Notes: a model not told the origin generated them from the letters alone. DNA of 64,000 nt from Paraspadella gotoi (GCA_051294375.1 CM119264.1:25697086-25761085), one strand, 5' to 3'; shown: positions 39,070 to 53,477, numbered from the stretch's first letter. A program made the numbers and translations.

Positions 39070-42000
39070 ATGAACGATGAATAGAAAAACCCTACCAGAA
39101 TAATTCAGGGAAAAAAATGAGTCAGGTGACATACGACAGGCGAAGAAACATGTTAAAGTCAACGCCCAAAGTTGACAGCGAAGACGAACTAGGCGAGATG
39201 ACAGGCGGAGTGAGAGCACATGACGTCCGGTAAGACGAGAATTGAAAAAATTCAGGAAAGGAAGATGATGCGAAAGTTGAACAGAGAAGAGAAGAGACCA
39301 GGGGCGACATGAAAATCAATTAAAAGAAATTCAATGAAACGAAATAGTTAATGTTTAGAGTTTACAAAGAAATATTGATTAGAAAAATATAGAAAAAAAG
39401 AAAGGAAGTTAAGAAAAGATAGACGAGATGACGACAATTTTTAAACGGATGTCGAATAAGACGGACAATACGTGCCTAGTGTGAAGTCTGCGGACGGCGG
39501 CAAAAACGGCGCGCGGCGTCAGCGGCCGGCGGGCATCAGCTCGGCGGCTGAGGCTGAGTTCGTACCTTAAAATGGAGGAATAAATCCTCTCTTTTGTCTT
39601 CTCTTTCCGGCGATAATTAATATACGAACGAAGATCCATTACGAGTTGCCGTCTGCGGGAGGCCTAGGAACAACGACGAGACGCACAACGACGACGATTC
39701 ATCGGTTTTGCTCTTATTGTTCTTTAAAAGAGCGCTGAACAGCTCATAAAAAAAAGAGGAAACTCCTTTAATAAACGAATAGAAGCCAACAGTATGGCCC
39801 GGGAGAATCAGCGTCAGCGAGTGGGGGAGAGACTGTTGGGGGATGCCAATTGGATGGGAAGCAGATGGGCAAGCTGAATGGCGACGCGTTGGTCTGGGTC
39901 ATCAAGAAAAATCAACTGAAGATTGGAGACGCCGTCTTGTGAAGAATCGAATCACAAGAAGGTTTTGTCACATTTTAACCAAGAAACGACGACGGACTCC
40001 AGCATGAATTCATCCTTCACGACAAAGTTTAAAAATTTGGAAATCTTTTTGAGCGGGTCCCTCTCACCGGGACATGTCACCGACGATCATCTACGGGGGC
40101 CCGAACCCTCGTTTCAGAGTCCGAATTGCTCATTCCTCAAGTGCCCGATTGCTCGTTTCGGGGCCATTAAGACTCTGCGCGCTGGAATCGGGGAGGCGAC
40201 GGAAAAAATGGATTTCAGACTCTCATCATATTTTACTCTGGAAGGAAATGAGACAGATGGCGAGATGAGGGAGAAAATGGCGGAAATGGAGAAGAATGGC
40301 GAAATGGAGAAGATGGCAAAATGAAAGAACTCATCAAGACGGGGAATGGCACTTGAAGGTGGGCTAACCTGGAAAGTCCTAAAATAATTGGTTGGGGAGA
40401 AGGAGCGGCTACCACCGGCGCAAACGAAATTCGCTATGGTATACGCACAACATCATTTGTAACTCGAAAAGGGAAGTTTGCTTTGGGCCCATTTTTCTGT
40501 GGTTTTAATCTCTCTCTCTCCTCTCTCTTCCTCTCTCTCTCTTCTCCTCTCTCTCTCCCTCTCTCTCTCTCTTTCTCTCTCTCTCTCCTCTCTCTCTCAA
40601 TTTCTCTTTTTGGCCTTTCATTCTCTCATTACTTTTCCCCCTCCCACTCGCACTTCCGCCCTCTTCATCTTTCGCTGTTGGGTTGAGGAAAAAGCAATTT
40701 TGTCACCGATCTTTTCCCTCTTATCATCTTCTTTCCTCTCCTCCATCTTCCTCCTCCTCCTCCGTCTTCTCCTTTTCTAACTTTTTTTTTCTTTCTTACT
40801 TTCCTCCCTTTTTGTCCTCTCTGCTATTTTTAATTTTTTCTTATTTATCCCCATTTTATGAAGGTATGATAAATTTCCGGTTTTTTCCCTTTTTTTCTTA
40901 CCTTTAATATTCTCGTCATAATGAACCTTCTTTTTTTTCTTATAATATGATTAACTCGTTTAAATTTTTCGAAAGAGCTGTTTTTTCTAAATTAATCAAT
41001 TCAAAGTTGGAGTTAAATTTCTCTTTCGATTAATAAATATAATCAAAAAAGATTAGAAAGTGTTTTTTAACAATTCAAAAATCTAATGCCAAAAACGATA
41101 CAACGACATAACAAGAATAAATGGCCAAAAAGTTTAACATTTATAACTAAAAGCTATAAACGACCTCATTTAAAATCACGACATTAAAAAAAAAAAAAAC
41201 ACCCAATCTTATTTTTCCCTTTTTCTTTTCCTTTCTCCTTAATCTTCGATCTTTTATTAGTCTCATTAGTTTTTCCTCAACTTTTGTTACATCAAACATT
41301 GCAAATGGTCTTTTGGATTTGGAAAGGAAGTTGGAGAAACAATTTTCTCTCCAGTTCCTTCCTTTCTTTACGTCTATTTGTCGAGATCCCATTTTGAATA
41401 AGGAAAGAAAAATGTTGGGGTTTGAAAAGAAAAAGGAAAGAGGAGATTTAAGGAGGAAGGGGAGGAAGAAAGGGAGGAGATGAGGAGGTACTGTAGGAGG
41501 AATGAGAGGAGGAAGAGGAGAGGAGGAGGAACGGGAGGAGGATGGGAAGGAAAAAGAGAAGAAAGATGAAGGAGAAAGAAGAAAAATGAGGAGGAAGGGG
41601 AGGAGATGAAGAAGCTAAGGGGAGGAGAAAGAGAAGTAAGTATGGAGGAAGGAAGAGGAGAAGAATGGAGTGGAGATAAAAATGGAATGAAATGAAGGAA
41701 AAGTCAAAACGAGATTTTTGTATGATAATTTCGTTTATTGCCGTCGTTTCTTATGGCTTCGCGTCCTCAGTTTTTTATTTCTTTTCTCTTCTTGTTTATC
41801 TCCTCCGTTTCTGTCACGAATGGTTCGAGCGGTGATCGCCTCACATCTGGTTTCTCTTTTTGTTTCTTCGTTCTTTTTTTGAGAAGTCTTCCAGTGACTT
41901 TCTTTCTTTATCTTCTTTTTCTTTCTTCTTTCTTTTCTTATTTTTCTTTCTTTCTTTCTTTCTTTCTTTCTTTCCTTTCTTTCTTCTTTCTTTCCTTTCA

Positions 42001-42149
42001 TTTTTCTTTCTTCTTTCTTTCTGTCTTCTTTTTCTTCTTCTTTTTTCTTTTTCTTCTTTTTTCTTTTCTTTTTTTTTTATTTGTATCTCTTTCTTTTTTT
42101 TTTTTTTCTTTTCTTTTTTTCCTGNNNNNNNNNNNNNNNNNNNNNNNNN

Positions 42150-43772
42150 CGACGGTGGACCCCGTTACAAACAAAGCGACATCGAACGGAAGAATTCGTA
42201 AACAAAAGACGGCGGAGGAGAGGGACGACGAGGACGAAGACGACGACGACGATAACGACGACGACNNNNNNNNNNNNNNNNNNNNNNNNNNNNNNNNNNN
42301 NNNNNNNNNNNNNNNNNNNNNNNNNNNNNNNNNNNNNNNNNNNNNNNNNNNNNNNNNNNNNNNNNNNNNNNNNNNNNNNNNNNNNNNNNNNNNNNNNNNN
42401 NNNNNNNNNNNNNNNNNNNNNNNNNNNNNNNNNNNNNNNNNNNNNNNNNNNNNNNNNNNNNNNNNNNNNATGCGAAGTTGACAGAGAGAGAGAAGAGACA
42501 GGGGCGACAAGAAAATCAATTAAAGAAATTCATGAGCGAAATAGTTAATGTTTAGAGTTACAAAGAAATATTGATANNNNNNNNNNNNNNNNNNNNNNNN
42601 NNNNNNNNNNNNNNNNNNNNNNNNNNNNNNNNNNNNNNNNNNNNNNNNNNNNNNNNNNNNNNNNNNNNNNNNNNNNNNNNNNNNNNNNNNNNNNNNNNNN
42701 NNNNNNNNNNNNNNNNNNNNNNNNNNNNNNNNNNNNNNNNNNNNNNACAATTTTAACGGATGTCGATAGACGGACAATACGTGCCTCGTGGTGAAGTCTG
42801 CGACGGCGGCGACGGCGGCGACGGCGTCAGCGGCGGCGGCATCAGCTCGGCGGCTGCGGCTGAGTTCGTCCTTAAAATGGAGGAATAATCCTCTCTTTTG
42901 TCTTCTCTTTCCGGCGATAATTAATATACGACGAAGATCCATTACGAGTTGCCGTCTGGCGGGGGCCTAGGACAACGACGACGACCACAACGACGACGAT
43001 TCATCCTTTGCTCTTTTGTTCTTTAAAAGGCGCTGAATAGCTATAAAAAAAAGAGGAAACTCCTTTAATAACGATAGAAGCCAACAGATGGCCCGGGAGA
43101 ATCAGCGTCAGCGAGTGGGGGAGAGACTGTTGGGGGATGTCAATGGATGGGAAGCAGATGGGCAGCTGATGGCGACCGTTGGTCTCGGTCATCAGAAAAA
43201 TCCACCGAGATTGGCGAGGCCGTCTTGTGAGATAGAATCACAAGAAGGTTTTGTCAAATTTTAACAAGACGACGACGGACTCATGCATGAATTCATCGTT
43301 CACGACAAAGTTTAAATTTTGGAATCTTTTTGACGGGTCCCTCTCACCGGGACATGTCACCGACGATCATCTACGGGGGCCCGAACCCTCGTTTCAGAGT
43401 CGAAATGCTCATTCCCGGGCCCCGATTGCTCGTTTCGGGGCCATTAAGACTCTGCGCGCTGGAATCGGGAGGCGACGGAAAATGGGATTCAGACTCTCAT
43501 CATATTTTACTCTGGAAGGAAATGAGACGAGATGGCGAGATGAGGGAGAAAATGGCGGAATGGAGAAGATGGCAAAATGGAGAAGATGGCAAAATGAAGA
43601 AATCATCAGACGGAGAAATGGCACTGAAGGTGGGCTAACCTGGAAAGTCCTAAAATATTGGTTGGGAGAAGGGCGGCTACCACCGGCGCAAACGAAATTC
43701 GCTATGGATACCACAACATCATTTGTAACTCGCAAGGGGAAGTTTGCTTTGCCCGTTTTTCTGTGGTTTAAT

Positions 43773-43839
<67 letters not shown>

Positions 43840-45065
43840 CTCTTTTTGCCTTTCATTCTCTCATTACTTTCCCCTCCCACTCGCCCCTTCCCCGCCCTCT
43901 TCATCTTTCGCTGTTGGGTTGAGGAAAAAGCAATTTTGGTCACCGATCTTTTTCTTCTTATCTTCTTCTTCCTTCTCCTCCTCTTCCTCCTCCTCCTCCT
44001 TCTCCTTTACCTACTTTTTTTTTACTTTCTTACTTTCCTCCCCTTTTTTGTCCGTCTCTGCTATTTTTTATTTTTTCTTATTTATCCCCATTTTATGAGG
44101 TATGATAAATTTCCGGTTTTTTTCCCTTTTTCTTACCTTTAATATTTCTCGTCATAATGAACTTTTTTTTTCTTATAATATGATTAACTCGTTTAAATTT
44201 TCGAAGAGTTGTTTTTCTAGTTAATCACTTCAGGTTGTGAGGTAATTTCTCTTTCGATTATAAATATAATCAAAGAAGATTAGAAAGTGTTTTTAACAAT
44301 TCAAAAATCTAATCCAAAACGATACAACGACATAACAAGAATAAATGCCAAAAAGTTTAACATTTATAACCTAAAACCTATAAACGACCTCATTAAAATC
44401 ACGACATTAAAAAAAAAAACCACCCAATCTTATTTTCCCTTTTCTTTTCCTTTCTCCTTATCTTCGATCTTTATTAGTCTCATTAGTTTCCTCAACTTTG
44501 TTACATCAACTTCGCAAATGGTCTTTGGATTTGGAAAGAGTTGAGACAATTTTCTCTCCAATTTCCTTCCTTTCTTTCCGTCTTTTGTCGAGATCCCATT
44601 TTGATAAGGAAAGAAAAATGTTGGGGTTAGAAAAGGAAAAAAAGGAAAGAGGAGATTTAAGGAGGAAGGGGAGGAAGAAAGGGAGGAGATGAGGAGGTAA
44701 TGTAAGAGGAATGAGAGGAGGAACGGGAGGAAAAAGAGAAGAAGATGAGGAGAAAGAAGAAAAAATGAAGAGGAAGGGGAGGAGATGAAGAAGCAGGGGA
44801 GGAGAAAGAGAAGAAGTATTGAAGGAGGAAGAGGAGAAGAAGGAGTGGAGATAAAAATGGAATGAAATGAAGGAAAAGTCAAAACGAGATTTGTATGAAA
44901 TAATTTCGTTTATTGCCGTCGTTTCTATGGCTTCGCGTCTCAGTTTTATTTCTTTTCTCTTCTTGTTTTATCTCTCCGTTTCTGTCACGAATGGTTCGAG
45001 CGGTGATCGCTCTCCATCTGGTTTCTCTTTTGTTTCTTCGTTCTTTTTTTAGAGTCTTCCAGTGA

Positions 45066-45100
<35 letters not shown>
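42150..45100 (+). repeat. Duplicate of ~38530-41960 across the 25-N gap at 42125
   Basis: Identical blocks, e.g. gggtccctctcaccgggacatgtcaccgacgatcatctacgggggcccgaaccctcg at ~40055 and ~43335. Confidence 0.92.
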
Positions 45101-45144
<44 letters not shown>

Positions 45145-45460
45145 TATTTCTTTCTTTCTTTCTCTCTCGTTTCTCACTTGTCCGCCAGAGGTCACGCCTT
45201 GTCCAAATAATCGGCTCAACGGATTTGACAGTCAAGATCGACGATTGCATCAAACTTGTTGTCGCTTCTGTTTTCTTCGCTTGACTCTTATCGTATCTGC
45301 TCATCTCTTCTCTTCTCTTTTCTTTTCTTTTCTTTTCTTTTCTTTTCTTTTCTTTTCTTTTCTTTTCTTTTCTTTTCTTTTCTTTTCTTTTCTTCTCTTC
45401 TCTTCTCTTGTCTTCTCTTCTCATTTCTACTCTTCTCTTTTCTTTTTTCCTCTTCTCTTC
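45066..45460. repeat. (CTTT)n and (CTTTT)n microsatellites
   Basis: ctttctttc 45066-45160; cttttctttt 45316-45395. Confidence 0.92.
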
Positions 45461-47059
45461 TCTTTTTTTCATTTATTTTATAATTATTAACCTTTCAGTT
45501 TTTACTCTTTTATTTCCACGCCAATAAATGGTAACGATTATTATTTTTGTTCGATTTAAGAAAATATTTCTCTTGGGGTCAAATCGATGACAAGAAAAAG
45601 GACGTTTTCAAATTTGTTATCATTTTTTTTCTCTTCTTTTTTTTTTTCCTTTTCTTTTCTTCTTTCTTTCTCTTTTCTCCTCTCTTCTTTATTTGACCTC
45701 TAAAAAGCGTCAACTCGAACAACCACTACCACAACAACAACGATGTTTTCCTTCCTCAGCCTTCGCATTGTTTTTTACTCATTTTCCCGCGAGATTTAAC
45801 CCGTTCGTCTTTTTCTCCCGCTTCCTCTTTTTCCTTCAACGGCCTCTGCCTCTTCTTCTCCTCNNNNNNNNNNNNNNNNNNNNNNNNNNNNNNNNNNNNN
45901 NNNNNNNNNNNNNNNNNNNNNNNNNNNNNNNNNNNNNNNNNNNNNNNNNNNNNNNNNNNNNNNNNNNNNNNNNNNNNNNNNNNNNNNNNNNNNNNNNNNN
46001 NNNNNNNNNNNNNNNNNNNNNNNNNNCTCGCTCAGTCTTCTTTTTCGTCGCGAGTCGACTGCTTTCAACCGCCTTTTCCTTTCTTTCCTTTCTTTCTTCT
46101 TTCCTTTTCCTTCTTAGCTTTTCTATCCTCCCTTGACTTTGCCCCTTATCAGACCCTTTTCTTTCAAAAACTAACCCTCGTTCCATCAACTGTTCTTGTT
46201 TAATTTCTCCCAATGTATACTTTTCTCTAACGCCATCCTTTTACATATATAAATCTTTCATAAAACAACTTTTTAGCTTCCTTCCTTCTTTCTCCTCTTT
46301 CTTCAGTCTTTTTCTCTACCCTTCGCTCCTTTATACCCACCTTCTTTATTTTCTACCTTCTTTCCTTCCTTTCCTTTTTCTCTTTCTTCCTTCCTTTCCT
46401 TTTTTCCAAACTTTCCTCCTTCCCGGGCCTTTACGTCTTCCTCCAATCCTTCCTTTTCCTTTACCTTGTTATCTTTTTTTTTTTAATTACATTCNNNNNN
46501 NNNNNNNNNNNNNNNNNNNNNNNNNNNNNNNNNNNNNNNNNNNNNNNNNNNNNNNNNNNNNNNNNNNNNNNNNNNNNNNNNNNNNNNNNNNNNNNNNNNN
46601 NNNNNNNNNNNNNNNNNNNNNNNNNNNNNNNNNNNNNNNNNNNNNNNNNNNNNNNNNNNNNNNNNNNNNNNNNNNNNNNNNNNNNNNNNNNNNNNNNNNN
46701 NNNNNNNNNNNNNNNNNNNNNNNNNNNNNNNNNNNNNNNNNNNNNGGGAGAGAAAGGCAAGATACATAGTAGGATAAGTTTAGTCATAAGGGGAAAAGAG
46801 TTTCTATATAACACAAAGGATTAGAAAGAGAAAGTTAAAACGGGATCTCGTAGAAAATGACGAATGTTCATCAGTGCAAGAGGCCAGTGAAACCTTTTGA
46901 ATAAAAATGCAATGGGGCTGATGGAAGATCGAAAAAGATGCGAGAAGTTGTGGAAAGAGTTGAAGGTTGTAGAGAAGGTCGGACCTGAGCTGAAAATAGT
47001 TGAGGGTCCGTGTTTGAGATGGGTTGTTTAAGGGTGCTGCATACGAATGAAATATCGAA

Positions 47060-47290
47060 ATGGAATGAATGAATGTAAAATTAATAAATGAATAAATAAA
47101 TGAATGAAGGAAAGAATAATTGACTGTATGAATAAATTAATAAATGAGTGAATGAATGAATGAATGAAAGAATGAAAGAATGAAAGAATGAATGCATGAA
47201 TAAATGAATACATGAATAAATAAATAAATTAATGAAAGAATGAATTAATTAATTTAGGAATGAATGAATGAGTGAATGAATGAACGAATG
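47060..47290. repeat. Degenerate (GAAT)n tetranucleotide repeat
   Basis: gaatgaatgaat / aaataaat mosaic. Confidence 0.85.
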
Positions 47291-48135
47291 TGCGCTTGAA
47301 AAAAATGTCAAAATAGGAGTGGGGTATGATACAGAAACTTTCAAATAATGCCTTTATTAATGGCAGTGAGTGCAAGATGATCTTAACTTAACAAGGTAAT
47401 GAATGAGCTAAAGCAACATTAAATAAAACGCGGATGGAAGAGAGAAAATAAGGTTTGTGGTCGGAGAAAAGAACCCAGGAAATCTCGTGGTCGAAGAAAG
47501 AGCNNNNNNNNNNNNNNNNNNNNNNNNNNNNNNNNNNNNNNNNNNNNNNNNNNNNNNNNNNNNNNNNNNNNNNNNNNNNNNNNNNNNNNNNNNNNNNNNN
47601 NNNNNNNNNNNNNNNNNNNNNNNNNNNNNNNNNNNNNNNNNNNNNNNNNNNNNNNNNNNNNNNNNNGTGAGTGAGACTTGGGGGTAATAAAACCGAAGGC
47701 TCATCCACGAGTCGAACGCGGTCGGGGGGGAATGATTTTCTGAAAAGGGATGACGGGAGAGAAAGAGGGAGAGGTCCAAAGTGGGGCTGAACCCCATGGG
47801 CCAATGGAGGGCGCTGATATATCAAAGAGGAGAAGGGGAAGTAAGGAAGGAGGGTGGTCGGTCTTCTAAATCAATGGAACGGAGTGGAGTTGAATGTAAA
47901 TTGCTCTCTTTTTTTCTGGCGGAACTTTTTTTCTTTTTCCTCTCGTTTGCATGCGCCGCTTCTTTATTTCCCCCTAAATGCACCCAAGTTTCTTTTTTTC
48001 TTAGGCGAACTTTTTCTTTTTTCTCCTTGCTTGCGCTTCTATTCCTAAGTTTATTTCTTTTTATATTTTTTCCCCTTACGCGCACGCCAGACTCCGGTGG
48101 GGGTTTTCGTCTCTCTCTCTCTCTCTCTCTCTTCT

Positions 48136-48169
<34 letters not shown>

Positions 48170-48429
48170 TCTTTCGCTTCTCTCTCTTCTCTCTCTTTCT
48201 CACCACTTTCTCGCCCACTCACGATGAAGCGCCCCCTTTTTTTCTATTAATTAATTTCAAATAAATGGTTTAACGGGATCTCGTCTCTGCTTTTTTTTTT
48301 TTTTTGTGAAACAGGAATATTTTTGAGAGGCGTGGGCGCGACAATAAATTTGAAAAAGAAATTTAGTTTTATGTATTTTATGTATTCCGCTCTGGGGCAT
48401 TGAACGAGGTTCGGAAAGAAGTTTTACTC

Positions 48430-48915
48430 GTTATGCTGATTGGCTGAGCTTCAAAAGTTCAATTCCCAATCAGCAAGGACTGAAAGCAATTCGTCACAAA
48501 TTTAATGAGTGAAACCAATCACGAATTGCATTTTAAATTCAATTGCTTCCTGGGCTGGTTAAGATTTTTTTTTTACAGTAATTATTCGGTCGCTCAATTA
48601 TTTGGTTCCAATCCGGTTCTTTTCGCTTCCAATGGATAAAGATAATCAATTAAGATGAATCGATATTCCTTTATTCAGTCAAAAAAAGAAAAAAAAATAT
48701 CAATGACGTTCGATAAGTCTCTTTGACCTCTTTTGAATATTCGCCTCTTTGAAAGCCGCGCTTTTTCTCGACTTCAGCCTCGAAACGGTCGCCTCTTTGA
48801 AAGCCTTTTTTCTCTCAATCGGCTGAAATCATCGATTGACCTTTCTCTCTCTCTCATTGGATCCGGCCAATGACCCCGACGATTTAGAGATTCGGTTCGA
48901 CCTCTTGACCTCGAC
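48430..48915. promoter_or_regulatory. Putative cis-regulatory region: CCAAT-box cluster, duplicated CTTTGAA motif, TGACCT half-sites
   Basis: CCAAT/ATTGG at ~48439, 48466, 48515, 48608, 48629, 48856, 48867; tcgcctctttgaaagcc at 48741 and 48789; tgacct at ~48724, 48837, 48907. Motif evidence only. Confidence 0.3.
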
Positions 48916-50020
48916 AATCAAAGTTACTCGATGGACATCTGGACATTTGACGCTTTAACGCTTCGCCGTTGACACGACACCGACCACAGAATTACCCCCC
49001 TACCGTCCTCCTACCCAATCCCACAATCTCTCCACTCACCCCTCACCACATCCCCCCACTCATTCGCGCCGCGACCCAGAAAACGTTTCGCCGATAATGG
49101 AATCTTTAGAAAGACCGGCGTCTGATTCGGTTCATTCGGCTGAACTCAGGAATCGAGGTCTGCGTAACGGAGAGACTCGCTTTTTTTTGGTTATATCTTG
49201 AGGATCGGAGAGTCAGATTTGCGCAAATCTGCGTCGAGAACGCGTCGGTCAATTTCTCGATTGGTGTTACATCTTGGCAGGGTTGTTGGGTGGAAGAGAT
49301 GGGTTGGCGGGGAAGAGAGGGGTTTAGCAGGGTGGTGACGTATTAGACATAATGTGCGGTGGAGATTGTGCTGTGGGGTAAAATGGTCATCTTAGTTCTA
49401 ATTTGGTAAAGAGGTAGACAGAAGGAGTAGGCGTAGTTGACAAAACAGAGTAGAGATAGATAACTCAATTGCCACTTAGATTGTTGCGAAAGACATAGTG
49501 CAAACGGAATACCACGTGTGAATGCCAGCTCCGTGAAGCCAATATTTTCAAACCGTGTTGCAGATTTCTGAGGTTGCTAAGTGTTGCTAAGGAAGGATTT
49601 AATGACGAAGCAGTTTTTACACTTGTTGATAAGTGAGGAGGAGAAAGGAAGCTCATAGGGTAAGGAAGGGACAAAAAAAAAAGGAAGAGAGGAATGTGAA
49701 AAAGGAAAAAAGGAAAAAAAGGAACAGGCTTGATAGGGGTCAACAAAATTTTTTCTAGAGTTAAATGTGGCAATGAACAAAAACATTAAAGTGAGGAGAA
49801 AGTCGTAAGAGAACGGCGACAGCGACAGAAGAGAAGAAGACGACGACGATGACGAGAACGACGACGACGACGACGACGACGACGACAACGAGGTTGTCGC
49901 TGAAACGACTACAACACCACAAACACGTGGAGAAAAAAGGGCATTCTGCGTACGAGAGAAAACGTTCGCCGTTTGGGAGGCGCACGAGGAACGGCCCATT
50001 CAAAACAAGAAGGAGAGAGA

Positions 50021-50079
<59 letters not shown>

Positions 50080-50121
50080 GAGGCAGGAGAGAGAGAGAGA
50101 GACTATAAAAAAAAAAGGCCG

Positions 50122-53100
50122 AGCCATGAACGCGGCGTGAAAGTCCGGGAATAAGTAAAACGCGGAGAAACGACACTACACAACTCTGTACTCCACCATC
50201 CGCCAGCCCTTAAAAAAAATACTTAAAAAAAAAATAAATAAATAAATAAAAATTAAAAAAAAAAGAATTCAAAACAAAAAGACATCGACTCGAGGCAGCA
50301 TCGCGCGGGCAAAGATTTATTCGGGATTCAAAGCCGGCGTCGACTCTCGAAAGGAAGGCGCAATGAGTGAGACAGGAATTCATTAGAGATATAAAAGGCG
50401 GTTGAGACCGACGACACGACAGCACGACGACTCGAAGACCACGACGAAAGACCACGACGACGACGACGACGCTTTCATCATATTCTCCTCCATCTTCGCC
50501 GCCAGGACATCATCGTCTCACAACTGGATTCAGGTTCACGAGGAAAATTAACTCGAAAAAAGATGGCCGTCTCTTTCGCCGCGGCTTTGATTATGGAAAT
50601 CATGGAGAGAGAGAGAGAGAGATGAGAGAGAGATGGAGAGAGAGAGGAGAGAGAGAGAGAGCAGCAGAGAGACGGCGCATACACCATCTCTCTCTTTCTT
50701 TCTCCGACACGCGCGTGCGACTTAAGAGAAGGACATTTAAATGGACATAGCCGACGCCGTTAGAGGGACGATGAGTGTCGTGAAAACGTCGACGCGAGCG
50801 TAACGAGTGTAAACCAAACAGAGACGCATAAAATAATAGTAATGGCCGACGCTTCGTCCGCTTTCCCAAAACTCAGAATTCGCCGCCCTATAAAGACTTC
50901 ACTTTCAATTTTTTCCCCCCTTTTTTTTCTTTTAAAGGAGAAAGAAAGGCGAAATAAAGAAAGGAGAAGATTATTAGTTTCGAATCTATTCTAATATTTT
51001 TTCTTTGTAGTTTTTTTTTTTTTTTTTAATTTTTTTTACTTTAGCAAGTCGCGTGAAAAATTGAACCCATTATAGTTCCTATATTTCTCTCTCCTCTCTC
51101 CCTCTCTCTTTCTCTCCTCTCTTCTCTCTCTTCTCTCTCTCTCTCTCTCATCCTTCGTCTTCTCTCATTACTCTCTACTCTCTCGCCTCTCTCTCTCTCT
51201 CTTCTCTCTATACTCCTCTTCTTGCTCTACAATTGACAGACAACAGACCCAAAAGATGAAACGTCTCTTCCCGCGTAGAAGAAGGAAAGGACGAAGAAGG
51301 ACTTATTACAAAAATCGCAAAGAAGGTAAAAAGAAAGAAAAACCAATAATTGAGTTAACTCGCCTCTCTCCTCATCCTCTGCCAAGACGTTTCACCTCAA
51401 TTTTGACATCACCCGCCTCCATGTTGGAGAAAGTTATGTTTTTGACTCATCTCTCCTTTGCTCTTTTTCTTCTTTCTTTTCTTTCTCTCTTTCTTTCTTT
51501 TTTTTTCTTCCTCTCTCTTTTTTTTCTTTTTTCTCTTTTTTTTCTTTTTAATTCTTTCTTTTTTTTTTTGAAGTTTCCATCACCAGTTCTTTTTTTTTCT
51601 TTCTTACCTCATAACTCTTTCCTTCTTTCTGTGTTCTTTCCTTATTCCCCTCACTAAAAAACCTTTTTTCTCTTTCATTTTTCCCCACTTTTCATCAAAG
51701 ACTTTTCTTACGGTCCGTCTGTCGACTTTCTTCAATGCAAAATAAAAAAAAATCATCAGTATCTTGGATAGAGTTCAACCATTAACCACTTTAACATGTA
51801 TCTGAATGCATACCAGTGGAAGGGTTAGAGTCACGACTGGCTTACCTCAAGCTTACACTCAAAATGCTTACCACAAGCATAACTGGCGATCCCTGTAAAA
51901 CGTTTCAATTGCCATTCTAGAATAAGGATGTTTGCCTATTCGATCGCACGTTGCCTTTTTTTGCTACCTTTAAAGATTTTTCACAACTTTTTAAATATAT
52001 TTTGGGTTCCCATATCTTGGTCATTTAGTTCCACATCCATTTGCTTCCAATTTCGCCCTTTTCTCCCATTTCCAACCCCTAATCTCTTTTCTCGTTTTTT
52101 CCTTATTTTTTTTGCCAAAGTTTTGCCATTCTTGCTGTCGAAGTCTTTAGCGAATTTCCGCATTCCAGAGAAAGATAAAAGCTGCAATGAGCGACGGAAC
52201 AAATATCGGATGAAATTTGGTGGCCGACATGTTGACAGCGCAGGTCCGACAATGCAGGACAGCGCCAGCGTCCGACATGCCGACAGCGGCAGGTCCAACA
52301 TGGGACAGCGCCAGGTCGACATGGGACAGAGCAGAGTCCGACATGGGACAGTAGCAGGTCCGACATGGGACAGAGCAGCGTCCGACATGGCGACAGAGCA
52401 GGCTACGACATGCGGACAGACAGGTCCGACCATGGGACAGAGCAGGTCCGATATGGACAGCGCAGCGCTCAAAACATGGGACAGAGAATTCCGACACGTA
52501 GTAAAAAAAGCCTAAATTTAACTTAATTAAAATTCTGAAAGCTTGCAGGAATGAACAATGTGTTTTACTAATGAACATTAATGTATGAAAAAATTGTATT
52601 ATAATTTATTGAATTTTTTTTGCAGCGAGGCTATATTATATATAGTTAACATAACCCTATAATGTTACAATTTCAAAAATGTCTTTTCTATAACATTTTT
52701 TTTGCATGATTGGATTAGTCCAAAAAGTTGATAAAACGAAAGTTTACCTCTTTTTTTAAACATTTCTTCAATAAGTGGTCAAAATCAAAAAAAAAATTAT
52801 ATTTTAAGCTAAAAAGAATTTTTTTTATATTCAATTTAGTTTTTTTATATAATTTAACTTAATGAAAAAATTTTTAAAAATGATGAGTTATATTTTCTTA
52901 GCTTGTTAAGAAATTAGCTAAGAATTAGCTTAGCTATTTTTCTAGTCCATTTTAAAAAAATTTAGTATTTTTAAGGATAGTACTGATATTATAATGTTCC
53001 TAATAGCATGACAAATTTGCATAGGTCTATGACCTCCATGCCCTCGAAATGCAGCAATATAAAAATCAGTCATCGACGTCTCTTATCTTCAGTCACCAAA

Positions 53101-53387
53101 AAAAACTGAATCTGACGATATTTTCCGACCATAAAAAAGATTCGCGAATGCATCACCCAATGGTGGCAGGTTCTCTATTTCCTCTCTCTCTCTCTCTCTC
53201 TCCTCTCTCTCTACTCTCTCTCTCTCTCTCTCTCTCCCTCTTCTCTCTCATACTCTCTCTCTCTCTCCATTGTTACCAATGGGCCAAGGAGAGAGGGAAA
53301 CACAACGACATTACTTCCGATGCTTTTAAGATTCTGACCGGAATCGCCTTCCTGCGATCATTTCTCAGCAGAAAGGATAAACCTTTC

Positions 53388-53477
<90 letters not shown>

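Noticed and set aside
49510-49530. miR-124-like fragment (cacgtgtgaatgcca)
   Set aside because: The seed region does not match and no precursor hairpin is evident
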